NCBI GenBank assembly: GCA_963811105.1
Contig: CAWEPZ010000011.1
Location: forward strand, 1,312,001-1,376,000
Length of the DNA: 64,000 nt
DNA from: Candidatus Bathyarchaeota archaeon
GTDB lineage: Archaea > Thermoproteota > Bathyarchaeia > Bathyarchaeales > Bathycorpusculaceae
Direction: 5' to 3'
The position numbers and the translations under genes were made by a program. How positions within the stretch are numbered: the stretch's first letter is position 1; every line of letters starts with the position of its first letter. Below are positions 10,188-21,188 of the stretch, one piece after another. The notes under the pieces are model-generated. The model worked only from the letters and a program-made list of their open reading frames with translations, was not told where the DNA came from and searched no databases.

Positions 10188-10859
10188 GTGAAAAAAGTTT
10201 TGAAATATAAGTATCCTTTCGAGTATGAATTGGATCCTACGGAGATAGAGAAGGGAACTAACTGGGTAACCTTGAAACTAAAAAACATAGGAAATGAAAC
10301 TCTCAGAGACCTTGACGCACAATTGCACTCAAGGGACACATATAACCTATCAATTTTTGGATCATGGTCGTATGGGGCTGGACAACTCATTACGGAGTTG
10401 GAACCGAATAAGGAGGTCAGATTGGTTTTCCGGGCTAATGCAATAGGATCAGCTAATGTATACGCTACCCTCAAAGGACGTAAGGATGGAAAATACTTCT
10501 GGTGGGAATCCAGTTGGACGAGTCTCCATTTAAGCGACGAAAAAGCAGAAATCGGTAGCCTACTAGTGCTTTCGCATCCGTATACGTCAATTGGAAAGAC
10601 CATCAGCGCCGAGGCAACCGTTAAGGGCTTGAGAAAAAATGGTGTATTGACGCTGGAGTTTTGGGTGGAGACCCCCTCTGGAAAGAATGAACAGCAGGCT
10701 AAAATGGATATAAAGGATCTTCCCGTTGGAGAGGAATCCCGTTACACGGCTGAGTTCACGCCCAAGGAAACGGGGTTTTATACGATATACGCGTATTTGT
10801 ACGATGGATATATGAGAATAGGTTACAAGACAGCGCATATCCATGCGGCGAAAACATAG
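10188..10859 (+). CDS. protein with two Ig-like/CARDB-type beta-sandwich domains, no signal peptide
   Basis: GGAGAGG SD; VTLKLKNIGNE, LEPNKEVRLVF, LPVGEESRYTAEFTPKETGFYTIYAYL patterns. Confidence 0.65.
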   Translation: MKKVLKYKYPFEYELDPTEIEKGTNWVTLKLKNIGNETLRDLDAQLHSRDTYNLSIFGSWSYGAGQLITELEPNKEVRLVFRANAIGSANVYATLKGRKDGKYFWWESSWTSLHLSDEKAEIGSLLVLSHPYTSIGKTISAEATVKGLRKNGVLTLEFWVETPSGKNEQQAKMDIKDLPVGEESRYTAEFTPKETGFYTIYAYLYDGYMRIGYKTAHIHAAKT

Positions 10860-10962
10860 CAATAACCAAGCCAACCAAGTCTCAAGCTCAGCCCCATTTA
10901 CGTAATTATGAAAGTTGAGAGTAAAGAAAAAGGGAGATAGTGGTTGTTTTGGCTTCCAAGTT

Positions 10963-13500
10963 TTATGGTCGTTTTCTTAGTATCAGCACAATGACTGCAC
11001 CTATGATTAGGACTGCAATTATTATGGCGATTACTCCGGCTATGATTGTCATTGTGTAATCAGGTACTGCTTGCGCTTGGGTTGGCGTTTGTGTTGGTTG
11101 TGCATTTGCCACGACTGCTGCTGTTTCTGCCCATGAACTGCCGTATCCGCCGTTGCCTGCAAAGGTTGCTGTAATCTGGTAAGTTCCTGCGATTGTTGGG
11201 GTCCAAGTGTAGTGGAATGTTCCGCTGATGTCGCTTGTTGTGTCTCCGAGGTGTTGTGGGTTTCCGTTAGGGTCAGTTGCATCGATTGATACTGGTACAC
11301 CTGTGATTGTTATGTTGTGGTATATTCCGTCAATCGGGTGCTGCATATGCAAATATTCCATGTATGTGCCCATTGAATCGTCAGAAACGCATGCTTTACC
11401 CATCTGTGCTGGAGATTGGTCTAAGACTGTTCCAGAAATAATAGCGTTTGTACCAGCTGTTACTTGTGTTTGTGGAGCTGAAACAGAGGTAGCGCTTTCT
11501 CCTTTACCGAAAACGTACATGTACCCGTCATAACTATTGGACGCAGTCAAATAGCCATCTGCAACTGCACCTGGAGTCATGGGTCCAGTTATATTCCATA
11601 TGCCTTCGCCTGTAGTAGCGTTAATGCAATGTAGTTTCCAACCTCTTGTAATTGGCTCAGTTGGTGTGTGCTCAGTGTTGTATGTGTATACTTTTCCGTC
11701 AGCAACGAGGGTTGAGCCGTAGAAGGAATAAACCGTTGAACCGCTTGCATCAATGTATGGAGTTTCGTACGGGTTTGCTGGAGCTTCGTACTTCCAAATT
11801 ATTTTTCCTGTATCCCAATCGAAAGCATAGACACCGGAGTATGCTGCACGGAATATCATACCATAGGCTGAGGCTATATCATAAGCTCCAAAACCGGGTG
11901 CATCCCAAGGATAATCCATTCTGTCACTTACCCAAGCTACTGTTCCAGTTTGTGCATTCCAAGCATGAAAACGTCCGTCATCCATTAACACGGCAACTTT
12001 TCCATGATCAGCAACGTCTGAGCCTGCATTAAACATAACTAATCCTGCAACGTAATTATCCCACAACTGCGTACCTGTTGTCAAGCTAGCGGCTCTTACG
12101 CGTGTGCCATTGTATGAAGTCCCTTGCCCTCCTGCTCTAACCCATGATACGTCAACGCATACGTCTGATTGGAAGTCTTGTAAGCCGTTGCCAAATCCAA
12201 GGTTTGCCCATGGCCACGTTATGTTATTCATTATTCTCGAATTAAAGTCAGTGCTTGTCCCAAGCGTAGTCCAGTTGATCAAACGGTAGTTGTTTGCAGT
12301 AGCGTTTACGGTCTGTAAAGTCAATGCGTATCCGTTCCTGTAGTAAGTTCCAGAAGTCAGCACACCAGTTGAGACGTTGGCAGTAACTGCACCTGTGTAT
12401 GGATTATATTTTATCAGTCTTCCATTACTAATCGCTAAGAGACTCACGGAAGCGCCAGCATTGCCTGTGTTATCTGTAGCTACATATTCAATCGCTGTAG
12501 GTGCTATAACATCGGTTAAATCCCAATAAACCTGTCCAGTTCTTAGATCGTAGCATTCCCAAACGGTTGTTGGCAATGTTCGATAAGTCCCATTAAGCAA
12601 CGTTAACATTGGTTTCGTTAGAGTCTGGTAACATCGACCATCAAAGATTATGTTTGGCGTACCGCCACCACTGCTTAAAGAGACAATTCCTTGGTCACCG
12701 CCTATGAGTCCGGCAATGGCACCTTGACGTTTCCAGAGTATATGTGCAGAATCTGGCGCTTGAACCCATGGAACAAAGCCATAACTGTCGCTAAAATAGG
12801 GGTTTGTGTTAGGATAGAGTGCATCCCATTGTGGGCCTCCTCCGCTTGGTCCGTGCCATGGATAGTTTCCTGAGATTGGCCACCACTCTCGGTTTTCTGG
12901 TGAAATTGGTCTTGTCCAGTAATCAGTAGGCAAAGGAGCAACAGGCCATGACGCGATTAGATTCTCCTGAACAGTCAGATTTTGTTCTGCAGTTGAAGCA
13001 GGGGTAAAGTAATGCGAGACTGGATAAACTGTGCCTGATGTGTTAGTTACTAGATAGCCATTGAAGTATCTCCCCGCTGGGAAATATACGCCGGGAAAGT
13101 CAAATTTAAGCTTCCATGTGCCAACTTGGTCTGGATTGAACTCAAACCAATAGGTTCCGTCATTAACTTGAGAATTTACGGGTCCAATGGTTTGTTTGGT
13201 TCCGTCAGGTTTTGTGATTGTCACCACGTAACCTAGTTGCATTCGATCTTGTGCTGGCGGAGTAGTTGTCCATATGTTGACAAGGACGACTTGTTTCAGT
13301 CCTATAGGATTTGGTCTAAAACTGAGGTAGGCGCTTGGAGTGTAGGTTTCAGTTGCGGCAACTCCTGTTGGTAGCGGTCCTGCGGTGGGTTGTTGGGCAG
13401 CAATCTGAGCGTTGACAGGTTGAAATGAAAATAGTAATGAGGGCGAAATCATTAGCAGTATTATCAGTGTTGCATTTGTTATGATTTTCATTTTTTTCAT
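10963..13500 (-). CDS. secreted, membrane-anchored PQQ-like beta-propeller repeat protein (paralog 1)
   Basis: Signal peptide ending VNA-Q; WxxxTG propeller repeats; PTDYWTRP, ADHGK, EHTPTEPITRGW motifs; C-terminal TM plus RKRP. Confidence 0.88.
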   Translation of the reverse strand: MKKMKIITNATLIILLMISPSLLFSFQPVNAQIAAQQPTAGPLPTGVAATETYTPSAYLSFRPNPIGLKQVVLVNIWTTTPPAQDRMQLGYVVTITKPDGTKQTIGPVNSQVNDGTYWFEFNPDQVGTWKLKFDFPGVYFPAGRYFNGYLVTNTSGTVYPVSHYFTPASTAEQNLTVQENLIASWPVAPLPTDYWTRPISPENREWWPISGNYPWHGPSGGGPQWDALYPNTNPYFSDSYGFVPWVQAPDSAHILWKRQGAIAGLIGGDQGIVSLSSGGGTPNIIFDGRCYQTLTKPMLTLLNGTYRTLPTTVWECYDLRTGQVYWDLTDVIAPTAIEYVATDNTGNAGASVSLLAISNGRLIKYNPYTGAVTANVSTGVLTSGTYYRNGYALTLQTVNATANNYRLINWTTLGTSTDFNSRIMNNITWPWANLGFGNGLQDFQSDVCVDVSWVRAGGQGTSYNGTRVRAASLTTGTQLWDNYVAGLVMFNAGSDVADHGKVAVLMDDGRFHAWNAQTGTVAWVSDRMDYPWDAPGFGAYDIASAYGMIFRAAYSGVYAFDWDTGKIIWKYEAPANPYETPYIDASGSTVYSFYGSTLVADGKVYTYNTEHTPTEPITRGWKLHCINATTGEGIWNITGPMTPGAVADGYLTASNSYDGYMYVFGKGESATSVSAPQTQVTAGTNAIISGTVLDQSPAQMGKACVSDDSMGTYMEYLHMQHPIDGIYHNITITGVPVSIDATDPNGNPQHLGDTTSDISGTFHYTWTPTIAGTYQITATFAGNGGYGSSWAETAAVVANAQPTQTPTQAQAVPDYTMTIIAGVIAIIIAVLIIGAVIVLILRKRP

Positions 13501-14179
13501 TTTTTTTCCTCTTAGTTTTTGTGAAGGATCATTTTTGTACTTCTTCTAAGGGACTATACTAAGAATTTAGCTTTAAAGTCATGTGGAAAGTGGATACTGA
13601 GTACACAGTGATAGTTGTTAATGGTGTTGAAAGAAACGACTCTGCTAGAAATCATGCTTTGAAGATTCCAAAGTTTAGAGATTCCTTAAACCGATTCAAC
13701 GATTGTGGAGTGAGCGGTTGCAAAAGGAATGTTGGATTTATTCAGATTTCTCATTGTTTTGTTTCTTCCTTTAGTTTTTCGAGAAAGAGTTTAAACAAAG
13801 AAAGCATTTTCTTCAAATCTAAACATTTTCTCTGATAGACAACTTTACGTTAACTAGCTTTTAAGACTGAGTGGACAGTACCCACTGGTAACAAAATAGC
13901 ACTAAAATGAATCCATAGTGAATAAATGGGTTCTTTATTAAGTAACAAAAAGATAAAGAAATTGAGCTATCTAAGACAAGACATAACAAAAAACAATTGC
14001 TATATTGAGGCATTAAGCAAACAAGACTTGTATTTAATTTAAACCCTAAGATGGTTTTACAAATTCCTTTCGAGGTTTACAATTAGAGATTCTGAAAGTT
14101 TGCTGTCATCAGATACTTGGGAAAGACTTTAAAATGAAACAACCGATAAATCAGCAGTTAAAATAAGGAGAATAGAAAA

Positions 14180-16792
14180 ATGAAAATTAAATTTTCAGCA
14201 AATCTAAAAACGACTACAGCGATCGCTATTATACTAATGTTTTCTATGCTAATATCAACATTATCCGTTCAGTCGGTTAATGCTCAAACTACATATACAA
14301 ATTTGCAAGACGGCTCTTCCATGCCGTTACCCACCGGCGTGACAGCCGATGAAACAGTCACCACAAGCGCACATCTAAGCTATAGGCCTAATCCTGTAGG
14401 ACTCAATCAACCTATCCTAGTAAATCTTTGGATGCAACCGCCAATTCACGTAACTCACTACTTTAAGAACGCATTCATGGTGACATTCACAAAACCAGAT
14501 GGAACCACAGAGCAAGTCGGTCCATTATCTTCGTACCAAGGCGACTCAACAGCTTGGTTTGAAAAGAAAATGGATCAAATGGGCACATGGACCATAAAGT
14601 TTGACTTCCTAGGTGCATACTTCCCCGCAGGTAATTATACAATCGTTGCTGGTACTTTTTCAGGTCAAGGCGGTGTTAGTACAAATGCAGTATTCCCAAA
14701 TTCAATTTACTATGCCCCTAGTTCAGATGGCCCATACAACATCACCGTCCAACAAGACTTGATAGCCTCTTGGCCAACGGCACCACTACCAACCGACTAT
14801 TGGACAAGACCTATAGAACCACAAAACAGAGAATGGTGGCCAATCGCAGGTAACTATCCAGCAACTGGCATACTTGGAGGAGGCACTGATTGGCCAGCGG
14901 ACACAAATACTTACATGAGTAACTATGGATTCATCCCTTACGTTCAAGCGCCTAACACAGCACACATAGTATGGAAGCGACAAGGAGCTACAGCCGGTTT
15001 AATCGGTGGCGAAGCAGGGCAATACAGTATAACTACTGGTCCAGGAACCCCAAGCCTGGTCTATGCTGGAAGAGCATATCAAACGCTCACAAAAATCCTA
15101 AACGGAGTACAAACAAGCGTTTGGGAATGCTACGATTTGCGTACAGGCGAAGTTTACTGGGACCAAACAGGAGTCACTCAAGTACCCACATTCATTGGAT
15201 ATGATCCTCAAGCATTGAGTACCACTATAGCAGGAGCTGAGGCATCTTCATCTTGGGTTGCAAGTCTTGTCTTTGTCGGCAGCGGAAGGCTAATCAAATA
15301 CAACCCATGGATTGGCAGCGCAACACTGAACATCTCAATCGCTCCATTAACAACAGCTACACCATATGCTTACCCAAACTTCTTAAGCATTCAGAATATC
15401 GGTAGTACTGCAAGTCCAAACTACCGCTTAATTACTTGGACAGTAGCAACCGGCGGACTTTCAACAACCCCCATAGTACAATTCACAAGCAACGTCTCCT
15501 ACCCATTCGCAAGCATAGGCACTGCAGACTACGAATCGATGATAGCCGTTACAACACAAGGTATACGCGACATTCCCGCATCTGGACAAGTCGCTTCTTG
15601 GGAACCAACAGCAGCCGTCAACTCAGGAGTATCCTATAGCTACCGCATAATAGGAGTTAGCCTCTCAACCGGGCAAGTGCAGTTCAATGTCACAACCAAT
15701 CAGGCATACGGAGGAGTTTTCAGCGGAAGCACCGCAGTAGCTGACCATGGAAAATTCGCCCTCAGAATGAACGATGGACATTGGCATGCTTGGGACTTAC
15801 ACACAGGAAACGAGTTATGGACAAGTGAGATGTCTAGTTGGCCATGGGGTTCTTTTGGGATTTATGGCGTGACTTCATACGGCGGTCTTATTATTTATCC
15901 ACAGTACGACGGAGTTGTAGCATATAACTGGACTAACGGAAAAGTAGCTTGGCGATACCAATACGAAACCCCATATCCTTACGAAACTCCATATGAAGGC
16001 AACTATCCTTTCTATAGCTCCGCGGTTGACATTGCCGATGGAAAGCTCTATACATCCAATACTGAACACACACCAAGTAACCCCATTACTAGAGGATGGA
16101 AACTACATTGCATGAACGTAACTACAGGCGAAGGCATATGGAATATCACAGGTTCTTTCAGTGCAGGCGCTGTTGCTGACGGCTACTTAACCGCTTCTGA
16201 TGGCTATGATGGCTACATGTATGTTTTCGGCAAAGGACTCAGTTCAACTACAGTCTCAGCACCGCAGAATCAAATAATTGCAGGACAGAATGCCGTCATA
16301 TCGGGAACCGTGTTAGATCAATCTCCAGCACAGACGGGCAAAGCATGCGTTTCAGACAGTTCAATGGCTACATGGATGGAATACCTACATATGCAAATGC
16401 CAATAGACGGATTATCCCACAAAGTAATCATTACTGGTGTTCCAGTTTCAATCGATGCAGTTGACCCTAACGGAAATACAATACACCTTGCAACAGTTAC
16501 AAGCGATGTAAGTGGAACATTTGCTTATACATGGACACCAAGCCTAGCAGGCGACTGGAGAATTACTGCAACTTTCGCAGGAAGCGGCTCTTACGGCAGC
16601 TCATACGCAGAAGCGCATGCAAACGTTGTAAACGCACCTACAACAACAGTAACGCCAACCACAATAAGTTCAGCATCAGTAACCTCAACAGACGTAATGA
16701 CCTACATCGTCATAGCTGCAATCGCCATCATAATTGCTGTAGCAATAGTTGGCGCACTAATCATAAGGACTATCGCAAGAAAGCATTCATAA
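14180..16792 (+). CDS. secreted, membrane-anchored PQQ-like beta-propeller repeat protein (paralog 2)
   Basis: AAGGAG SD; same conserved blocks as paralog 1; Thr-rich linker and C-terminal TM. Confidence 0.88.
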   Translation: MKIKFSANLKTTTAIAIILMFSMLISTLSVQSVNAQTTYTNLQDGSSMPLPTGVTADETVTTSAHLSYRPNPVGLNQPILVNLWMQPPIHVTHYFKNAFMVTFTKPDGTTEQVGPLSSYQGDSTAWFEKKMDQMGTWTIKFDFLGAYFPAGNYTIVAGTFSGQGGVSTNAVFPNSIYYAPSSDGPYNITVQQDLIASWPTAPLPTDYWTRPIEPQNREWWPIAGNYPATGILGGGTDWPADTNTYMSNYGFIPYVQAPNTAHIVWKRQGATAGLIGGEAGQYSITTGPGTPSLVYAGRAYQTLTKILNGVQTSVWECYDLRTGEVYWDQTGVTQVPTFIGYDPQALSTTIAGAEASSSWVASLVFVGSGRLIKYNPWIGSATLNISIAPLTTATPYAYPNFLSIQNIGSTASPNYRLITWTVATGGLSTTPIVQFTSNVSYPFASIGTADYESMIAVTTQGIRDIPASGQVASWEPTAAVNSGVSYSYRIIGVSLSTGQVQFNVTTNQAYGGVFSGSTAVADHGKFALRMNDGHWHAWDLHTGNELWTSEMSSWPWGSFGIYGVTSYGGLIIYPQYDGVVAYNWTNGKVAWRYQYETPYPYETPYEGNYPFYSSAVDIADGKLYTSNTEHTPSNPITRGWKLHCMNVTTGEGIWNITGSFSAGAVADGYLTASDGYDGYMYVFGKGLSSTTVSAPQNQIIAGQNAVISGTVLDQSPAQTGKACVSDSSMATWMEYLHMQMPIDGLSHKVIITGVPVSIDAVDPNGNTIHLATVTSDVSGTFAYTWTPSLAGDWRITATFAGSGSYGSSYAEAHANVVNAPTTTVTPTTISSASVTSTDVMTYIVIAAIAIIIAVAIVGALIIRTIARKHS

Positions 16793-16805
16793 AAAGCGAA
16801 AACAA

Positions 16806-16830
16806 ATTTCTTCTCTTTTTTCTTCTTTCT
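16806..16830 (+). terminator. pyrimidine/oligo-T tract terminator
   Basis: TTTCTTCTCTTTTTTCTTCTTTCT just after the paralog 2 stop. Confidence 0.5.
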
Positions 16831-16854
16831 CATAAGACTGCAGCTAGTGGTTTC

Positions 16855-17049
16855 TTATTTTTCCAAATTCAAGAAAAAGGGACCTCCATAACCATTTCCT
16901 ACACCGCCGAGTGGTTCATCTTGAGCTTTGACTGGCAAGGGTATTAGTAACGAAGAGCTAAATAACAGTATCAAAATGACTGCAACTGTTAACGTCTTAG
17001 TATTCAAAGGAAAATTAGTCTTGTCTTTTAGTTCTTATAGAATTTTCAT
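16855..17049 (-). pseudogene. truncated fourth beta-propeller paralog (signal peptide region only)
   Basis: Upstream TAAGGAGAATACAAGAATGAAAATT nearly matches the paralog 2 start TAAGGAGAATAGAAAAATGAAAATT; reads MKIL*ELKDKTNFPLNTKTLTVAVILILLFSSSLLIPLPVKAQDEPLGG...; in-frame TAA at 17035-17037. Confidence 0.6.
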
Positions 17050-17299
17050 TCTTGTATTCTCCTTAATTCTAAGGGTGTCACAATTTATGCGAGGGATGCC
17101 AATTTAAGACTTTGCGAAATACCGTTTTACCTTAAAGAGCATATATCAAAAATTAAGGATGATTCTTCTCAACAATAAATAGAAGAAAGGAGGGAGCGTC
17201 GCGTAAAGTAACATTAGAAACTTGACATGACAAAGACTAAAGTTTTCTAAGCCAAACTTTTTAATTGTCCTTAGTTATTTAATTAATTGGGATGTTTGA

Positions 17300-17533
17300 A
17301 TGCCGCAAGCTTATGTTCTATTTAATGTAGAGTCAGGCTCAGAAGACATCGTGTTAAAAAAACTTAGGAGTCTCAGCAATGTCCAAGAATCCTATGTTTC
17401 CTATGGAGTATACGACTTAATCGTGAGGATAAAAGCAGACACCATGGAAGAGTTAAAAGACTCAGTCACTCACAAAATTCGAACCATCAATCAAGTTCGG
17501 TCGACCTTAACTTTGATAATGATGGAAGAATAA
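17300..17533 (+). CDS. Lrp/AsnC ligand-binding (RAM) domain protein
   Basis: AYVLFNVESG...YGVYDLIVRI...VRSTLTLI; no HTH. Confidence 0.9.
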   Translation: MPQAYVLFNVESGSEDIVLKKLRSLSNVQESYVSYGVYDLIVRIKADTMEELKDSVTHKIRTINQVRSTLTLIMMEE

Positions 17534-17697
17534 AAAAAAGACTCATGAAATTCGATTATTACTATCTCTAAACCTAGGTCTTCCTGTCCGCATTCTTTCA
17601 CAGATGTTAAAATTCAAGCATCGCCAATTCGAAGGGTAATTAGGTTAATTTTATATTTGGTTCATAGAGTAATTTGTTGATGAGCGGATGTAGTAAA

Positions 17698-17889
17698 ATG
17701 GAAAAGATTGCTGAAGGCATTAGTGACTTTGGTGATTTTACAGCTATTTTGTTTAAAACCTCTGATGACCGTCATTTTGTTCGGTTCATGCCCTTGAATA
17801 GTAAAGAAAAACCACATGTCGAGTGGCTTTCCGGCGATGATCATTTAGAATGGCTCAGACGTTGGTTTCATGAGCCAACAATCGAATAA
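17698..17889 (+). CDS. small hypothetical protein
   Basis: ORF with plausible ATG at 17698 and TATA-like TTTATAT upstream. Confidence 0.5.
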   Translation: MEKIAEGISDFGDFTAILFKTSDDRHFVRFMPLNSKEKPHVEWLSGDDHLEWLRRWFHEPTIE

Positions 17890-18009
17890 TAAAAAACGAC
17901 TTTTGATTAAAAAAATGTAAATTGTTTAGACCTCCTCCGCCAACTGTCTGAATGCCGGGAGACTGTGTAGAAACGTTATCACCCAAAGAACGCGGATCCA
18001 TGTCGCGGC

Positions 18010-19860
18010 TTATTCAGTCATGTATGCAATATCGTCCCAGGGATGTCTGTAGAGACCTTGTTTGAGTCGCTTCTGGTCCAGAACATGGGCCGTCATGCCG
18101 ATTGTTCTGCCAACAACGAACAATCCGTTTAGTGCACCTATCTGAATACATTCATCTGCTTCATTCTTCGGAATCTCACTTCTCAACATATCGACAAAGC
18201 AAATTCCGATGCAACCGTCAACGTTTAGGATAAGGTTGTCTTTCTTAGCCGTTGTGAGTTTCTCAACCTCAAGGGCATAATCCAGAAGGGGGGTGACCTT
18301 GAAGTGTTTCCTAGCATATTCCTTCAAAATTGTCACTCGCATATCAGGATTGTTGATATTTTTAACTAAGTGCCCTATTCCTTGGATGTTCTCACCTTTC
18401 GCTTTCATTTCCTCGACAAACTGTCCGGGAGTTAATCCCCTATCATAAGCATTAGAGAACATCTGCGCGGCACCGTCGATGGCACCTCCGAATCTAGGAC
18501 CTATAGTGAGCATTCCACTCGCGACTGAGGAGATCAAGTCTCTACCTGCCCTAGCCGCGACTATAGCGTTGTGTGCACCCGAAACTGCAGGTCCGTGATC
18601 AGCCGTCACCATTATGGCCATTTCTATGAATTTCGTTGCATATTCCGGAAATTGACGCTTGAACCAGAGGATACTGAGTACGCCACCGATTCCTATGTCT
18701 TTCTTGAATGCCTCGGAAATCGGCATTTTCCCATAAAGCAGTTCTTCACCCCGGTCATCAGAGATTGTGCATATGAAATTGGCTGGTTTCCTGATTAAGC
18801 CTTCCTTCACAGCCTTAGCGTAGTCCATCGGGACCCTTGGCACACAGGGTTCGGGCTTTGGTTTGATAATTCCCTTCGCAACAAGAAGCTCATAAGTCTC
18901 CCTTATCTTTTGGTCATAGTCATCATATGAGTTGGGAACTATAGCCCCAGCTTTCCTAAGTGCCGCGTTCTTTGCATCCGCAGTCTCCACCTCATTTCCT
19001 GCTTTCGCTCCAGCATGCCCAAACTGAACTTCAGTTTTGAATGCCTTCGAACAGGTTCCAGTAACCCAAATCACCAGAGGCTTTGTTATCTTCTTGTTTT
19101 TAAGCGCTTCGGCAATCTCGTACTCGCCGCTGCCGCCTACTTCACCCAAGCATACCAGCATCTTAATTTCAGGAATACTCTCAAACCTGAGAAGATGATC
19201 TAGTAGACTTGAACCAGGATATGTATCTCCTCCGATTGCTATACCCTCATAAAGACCATCAGTATTTCTGGCGAGAATATTATATGCTTCGTTGCTTAGC
19301 CCTCCCGACTTAGAGACGAATCCCACGGAACCAGGTCTGTGAAGTTTGGAATCTATAATGTTTTCAATCGTGCCGCCAGCGTTGCCAATTTTGAAGCAAC
19401 CGGCCTTTATTCCTCCCACAGTTGCAGGGCCAATTATTACTTTTCCAAGAGCTTTGGCCTTCGCTGTGAGCAGCTTCATCCGTCTCTCAGGCACTCCCTC
19501 CGCAATTATCACGATAGTCCTTATCTGCGGTATGGACAGCGTTTCCTCGGTTGAAGATGCTGCCGACCTGAATGATGCGAAGTTTATCAGCACATCAACG
19601 TTAGGATGCATCTTGGCGGCTTTCTCTATGGTTTTGTAAATAGGTATTAGGATTTCGCGTTTTCCGAAGAAGAACTTTGCAAAGCTATCAGCTCCAGTTG
19701 GGTTGATTATTGCGGCAACTGAAGGTGTCTCGCGACCTGAAGCATAGTCGAAGTCTAGCATTCTCTGTGTTGCAGCAACTTGGTTATTGTAGATGAATGA
19801 TTGAGTGCTTCTATCGAACAGTTCATTGGGGTTCTTTTTGGCGTAATCTGCCTTTGCCAT
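18010..19860 (-). CDS. aclA: ATP citrate lyase subunit alpha (CoA-binding/phospho-His plus citryl-CoA lyase domain)
   Basis: [28 protein letters not shown] (phospho-His), [28 protein letters not shown]. Confidence 0.95.
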   Translation of the reverse strand: MAKADYAKKNPNELFDRSTQSFIYNNQVAATQRMLDFDYASGRETPSVAAIINPTGADSFAKFFFGKREILIPIYKTIEKAAKMHPNVDVLINFASFRSAASSTEETLSIPQIRTIVIIAEGVPERRMKLLTAKAKALGKVIIGPATVGGIKAGCFKIGNAGGTIENIIDSKLHRPGSVGFVSKSGGLSNEAYNILARNTDGLYEGIAIGGDTYPGSSLLDHLLRFESIPEIKMLVCLGEVGGSGEYEIAEALKNKKITKPLVIWVTGTCSKAFKTEVQFGHAGAKAGNEVETADAKNAALRKAGAIVPNSYDDYDQKIRETYELLVAKGIIKPKPEPCVPRVPMDYAKAVKEGLIRKPANFICTISDDRGEELLYGKMPISEAFKKDIGIGGVLSILWFKRQFPEYATKFIEMAIMVTADHGPAVSGAHNAIVAARAGRDLISSVASGMLTIGPRFGGAIDGAAQMFSNAYDRGLTPGQFVEEMKAKGENIQGIGHLVKNINNPDMRVTILKEYARKHFKVTPLLDYALEVEKLTTAKKDNLILNVDGCIGICFVDMLRSEIPKNEADECIQIGALNGLFVVGRTIGMTAHVLDQKRLKQGLYRHPWDDIAYMTE

Positions 19861-19861
19861 G

Positions 19862-21175
19862 TTACTTTGCTCCGTTTAATGCCATGGAAACAATTCTCGT
19901 CATGTGAGTTTCTGGTCCGTACACTTCAATCGGCACGCCCAATTTCTCGCCTAGAGCTCTCATTTGACACAAACCTTCCTGATAGTTCGGGCCGCCTCTT
20001 CGAACATATATCTTTACCCTATGCTCCCGAAGATTCTTTTGATATTCTTTAAGCGCTTTGATTATCCCCTTGAAGGTGCTGGCAACGTCAGTAAAATTTG
20101 CTATTCCGCCGCCAATAATAAGGAATTTGCCTTTAGGGTTCATCTTCCTTGTCATTAGGTTAAGTATTGTTTTGGCATAAAGATACGTGAACTCTTCACT
20201 TGGATCCCCGGAATATTCTCCATAGTTTGCCAGCTCACTCATGTATCCAAGGTCAGTTATGGTGTCCGCATAAATGACTGACGCTCCACCCCCTGCCACC
20301 ATTGTCCAGACTCTTCCTTCTGGATTAAGCACAGTTAGCTTAAGAGAAGCCCCAGTCTTTGAGTCTAAATCTTCAATAAAAGCTTCTTCTTTGGTTGGCA
20401 TTCGACCAAATGGTGTTGGGAACTCTATGTTGCCCCATTTCCCACCACTCTCGAATTCGGCTGTGCTATCCAATTTAGCTGCGAAGTCAAGAGGAATAAC
20501 GGAATCATTCGTTATTACAATCGGGTTTATCTCTAAATACGTAAAGTTTAGGTCTGCGTAGAATTTGAACAAAGCTTCTATGAAGCCTGAAAGGAGCTTT
20601 TTGCGTTCACCTGCGATTTTGCACAGTAGTTTTTTTTCGATTTCTTCTGAAGTGGGGGATGTTCCGATGGGTACTTCTAATCGTTCCGCTTTGATATCCA
20701 CGTTCCCGACATTTACTCCGCCTATGTTGTAGAACATGATTGTGTCGCCGTCTTTAGTCGACATTATAGCAAGGTAACATTCGTCCGAATCCTTGTGGGG
20801 TATCATTGGCTCGATGATAAAGTGTGTCAATTGTCCAACCGTTCCTTTGTCCGCAGGTTTTCCGTTGGCATCAAATTTGCCGTAGACAGTTATCGGGCTC
20901 TTCGATTTTTCTTCTATCCATTTCTTAACTTGGTTGTAATCCGCGTCAACAAGTATGAGTTTGTTCTTTCCCCTACGCTTTATAAGCTGATCAGGTTTGA
21001 CAACCAACTTCTCAGTAGAAAGCCACTTATACTGATTAGGCAACTTGGCCAAGTCGGTATCTGGCCCGACAGAAACAATCTTATCTTGAATATAGTATTT
21101 TCCTTCCGAGTAGTCGTTGAAAAGACGGGCGAGCATGCGCTTGCCGTCGGCTTCTCTGATTGCTTTATGCGCCAT
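19862..21175 (-). CDS. aclB: ATP citrate lyase subunit beta (ATP-grasp plus citrate-binding domain)
   Basis: [54 protein letters not shown]. Confidence 0.95.
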   Translation of the reverse strand: MAHKAIREADGKRMLARLFNDYSEGKYYIQDKIVSVGPDTDLAKLPNQYKWLSTEKLVVKPDQLIKRRGKNKLILVDADYNQVKKWIEEKSKSPITVYGKFDANGKPADKGTVGQLTHFIIEPMIPHKDSDECYLAIMSTKDGDTIMFYNIGGVNVGNVDIKAERLEVPIGTSPTSEEIEKKLLCKIAGERKKLLSGFIEALFKFYADLNFTYLEINPIVITNDSVIPLDFAAKLDSTAEFESGGKWGNIEFPTPFGRMPTKEEAFIEDLDSKTGASLKLTVLNPEGRVWTMVAGGGASVIYADTITDLGYMSELANYGEYSGDPSEEFTYLYAKTILNLMTRKMNPKGKFLIIGGGIANFTDVASTFKGIIKALKEYQKNLREHRVKIYVRRGGPNYQEGLCQMRALGEKLGVPIEVYGPETHMTRIVSMALNGAK

Positions 21176-21188
21176 TCATATTTCTCCT

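Noticed and set aside
13581-13835. 84-aa ORF between the divergent propeller genes
   Set aside because: No motif or SD; lies in a probable promoter region
10963-16792. Divergent propeller pair as an invertible phase-variation or DGR locus
   Set aside because: No recombinase or reverse transcriptase in the window, no long inverted repeats and no near-identical template/variable repeat pair seen
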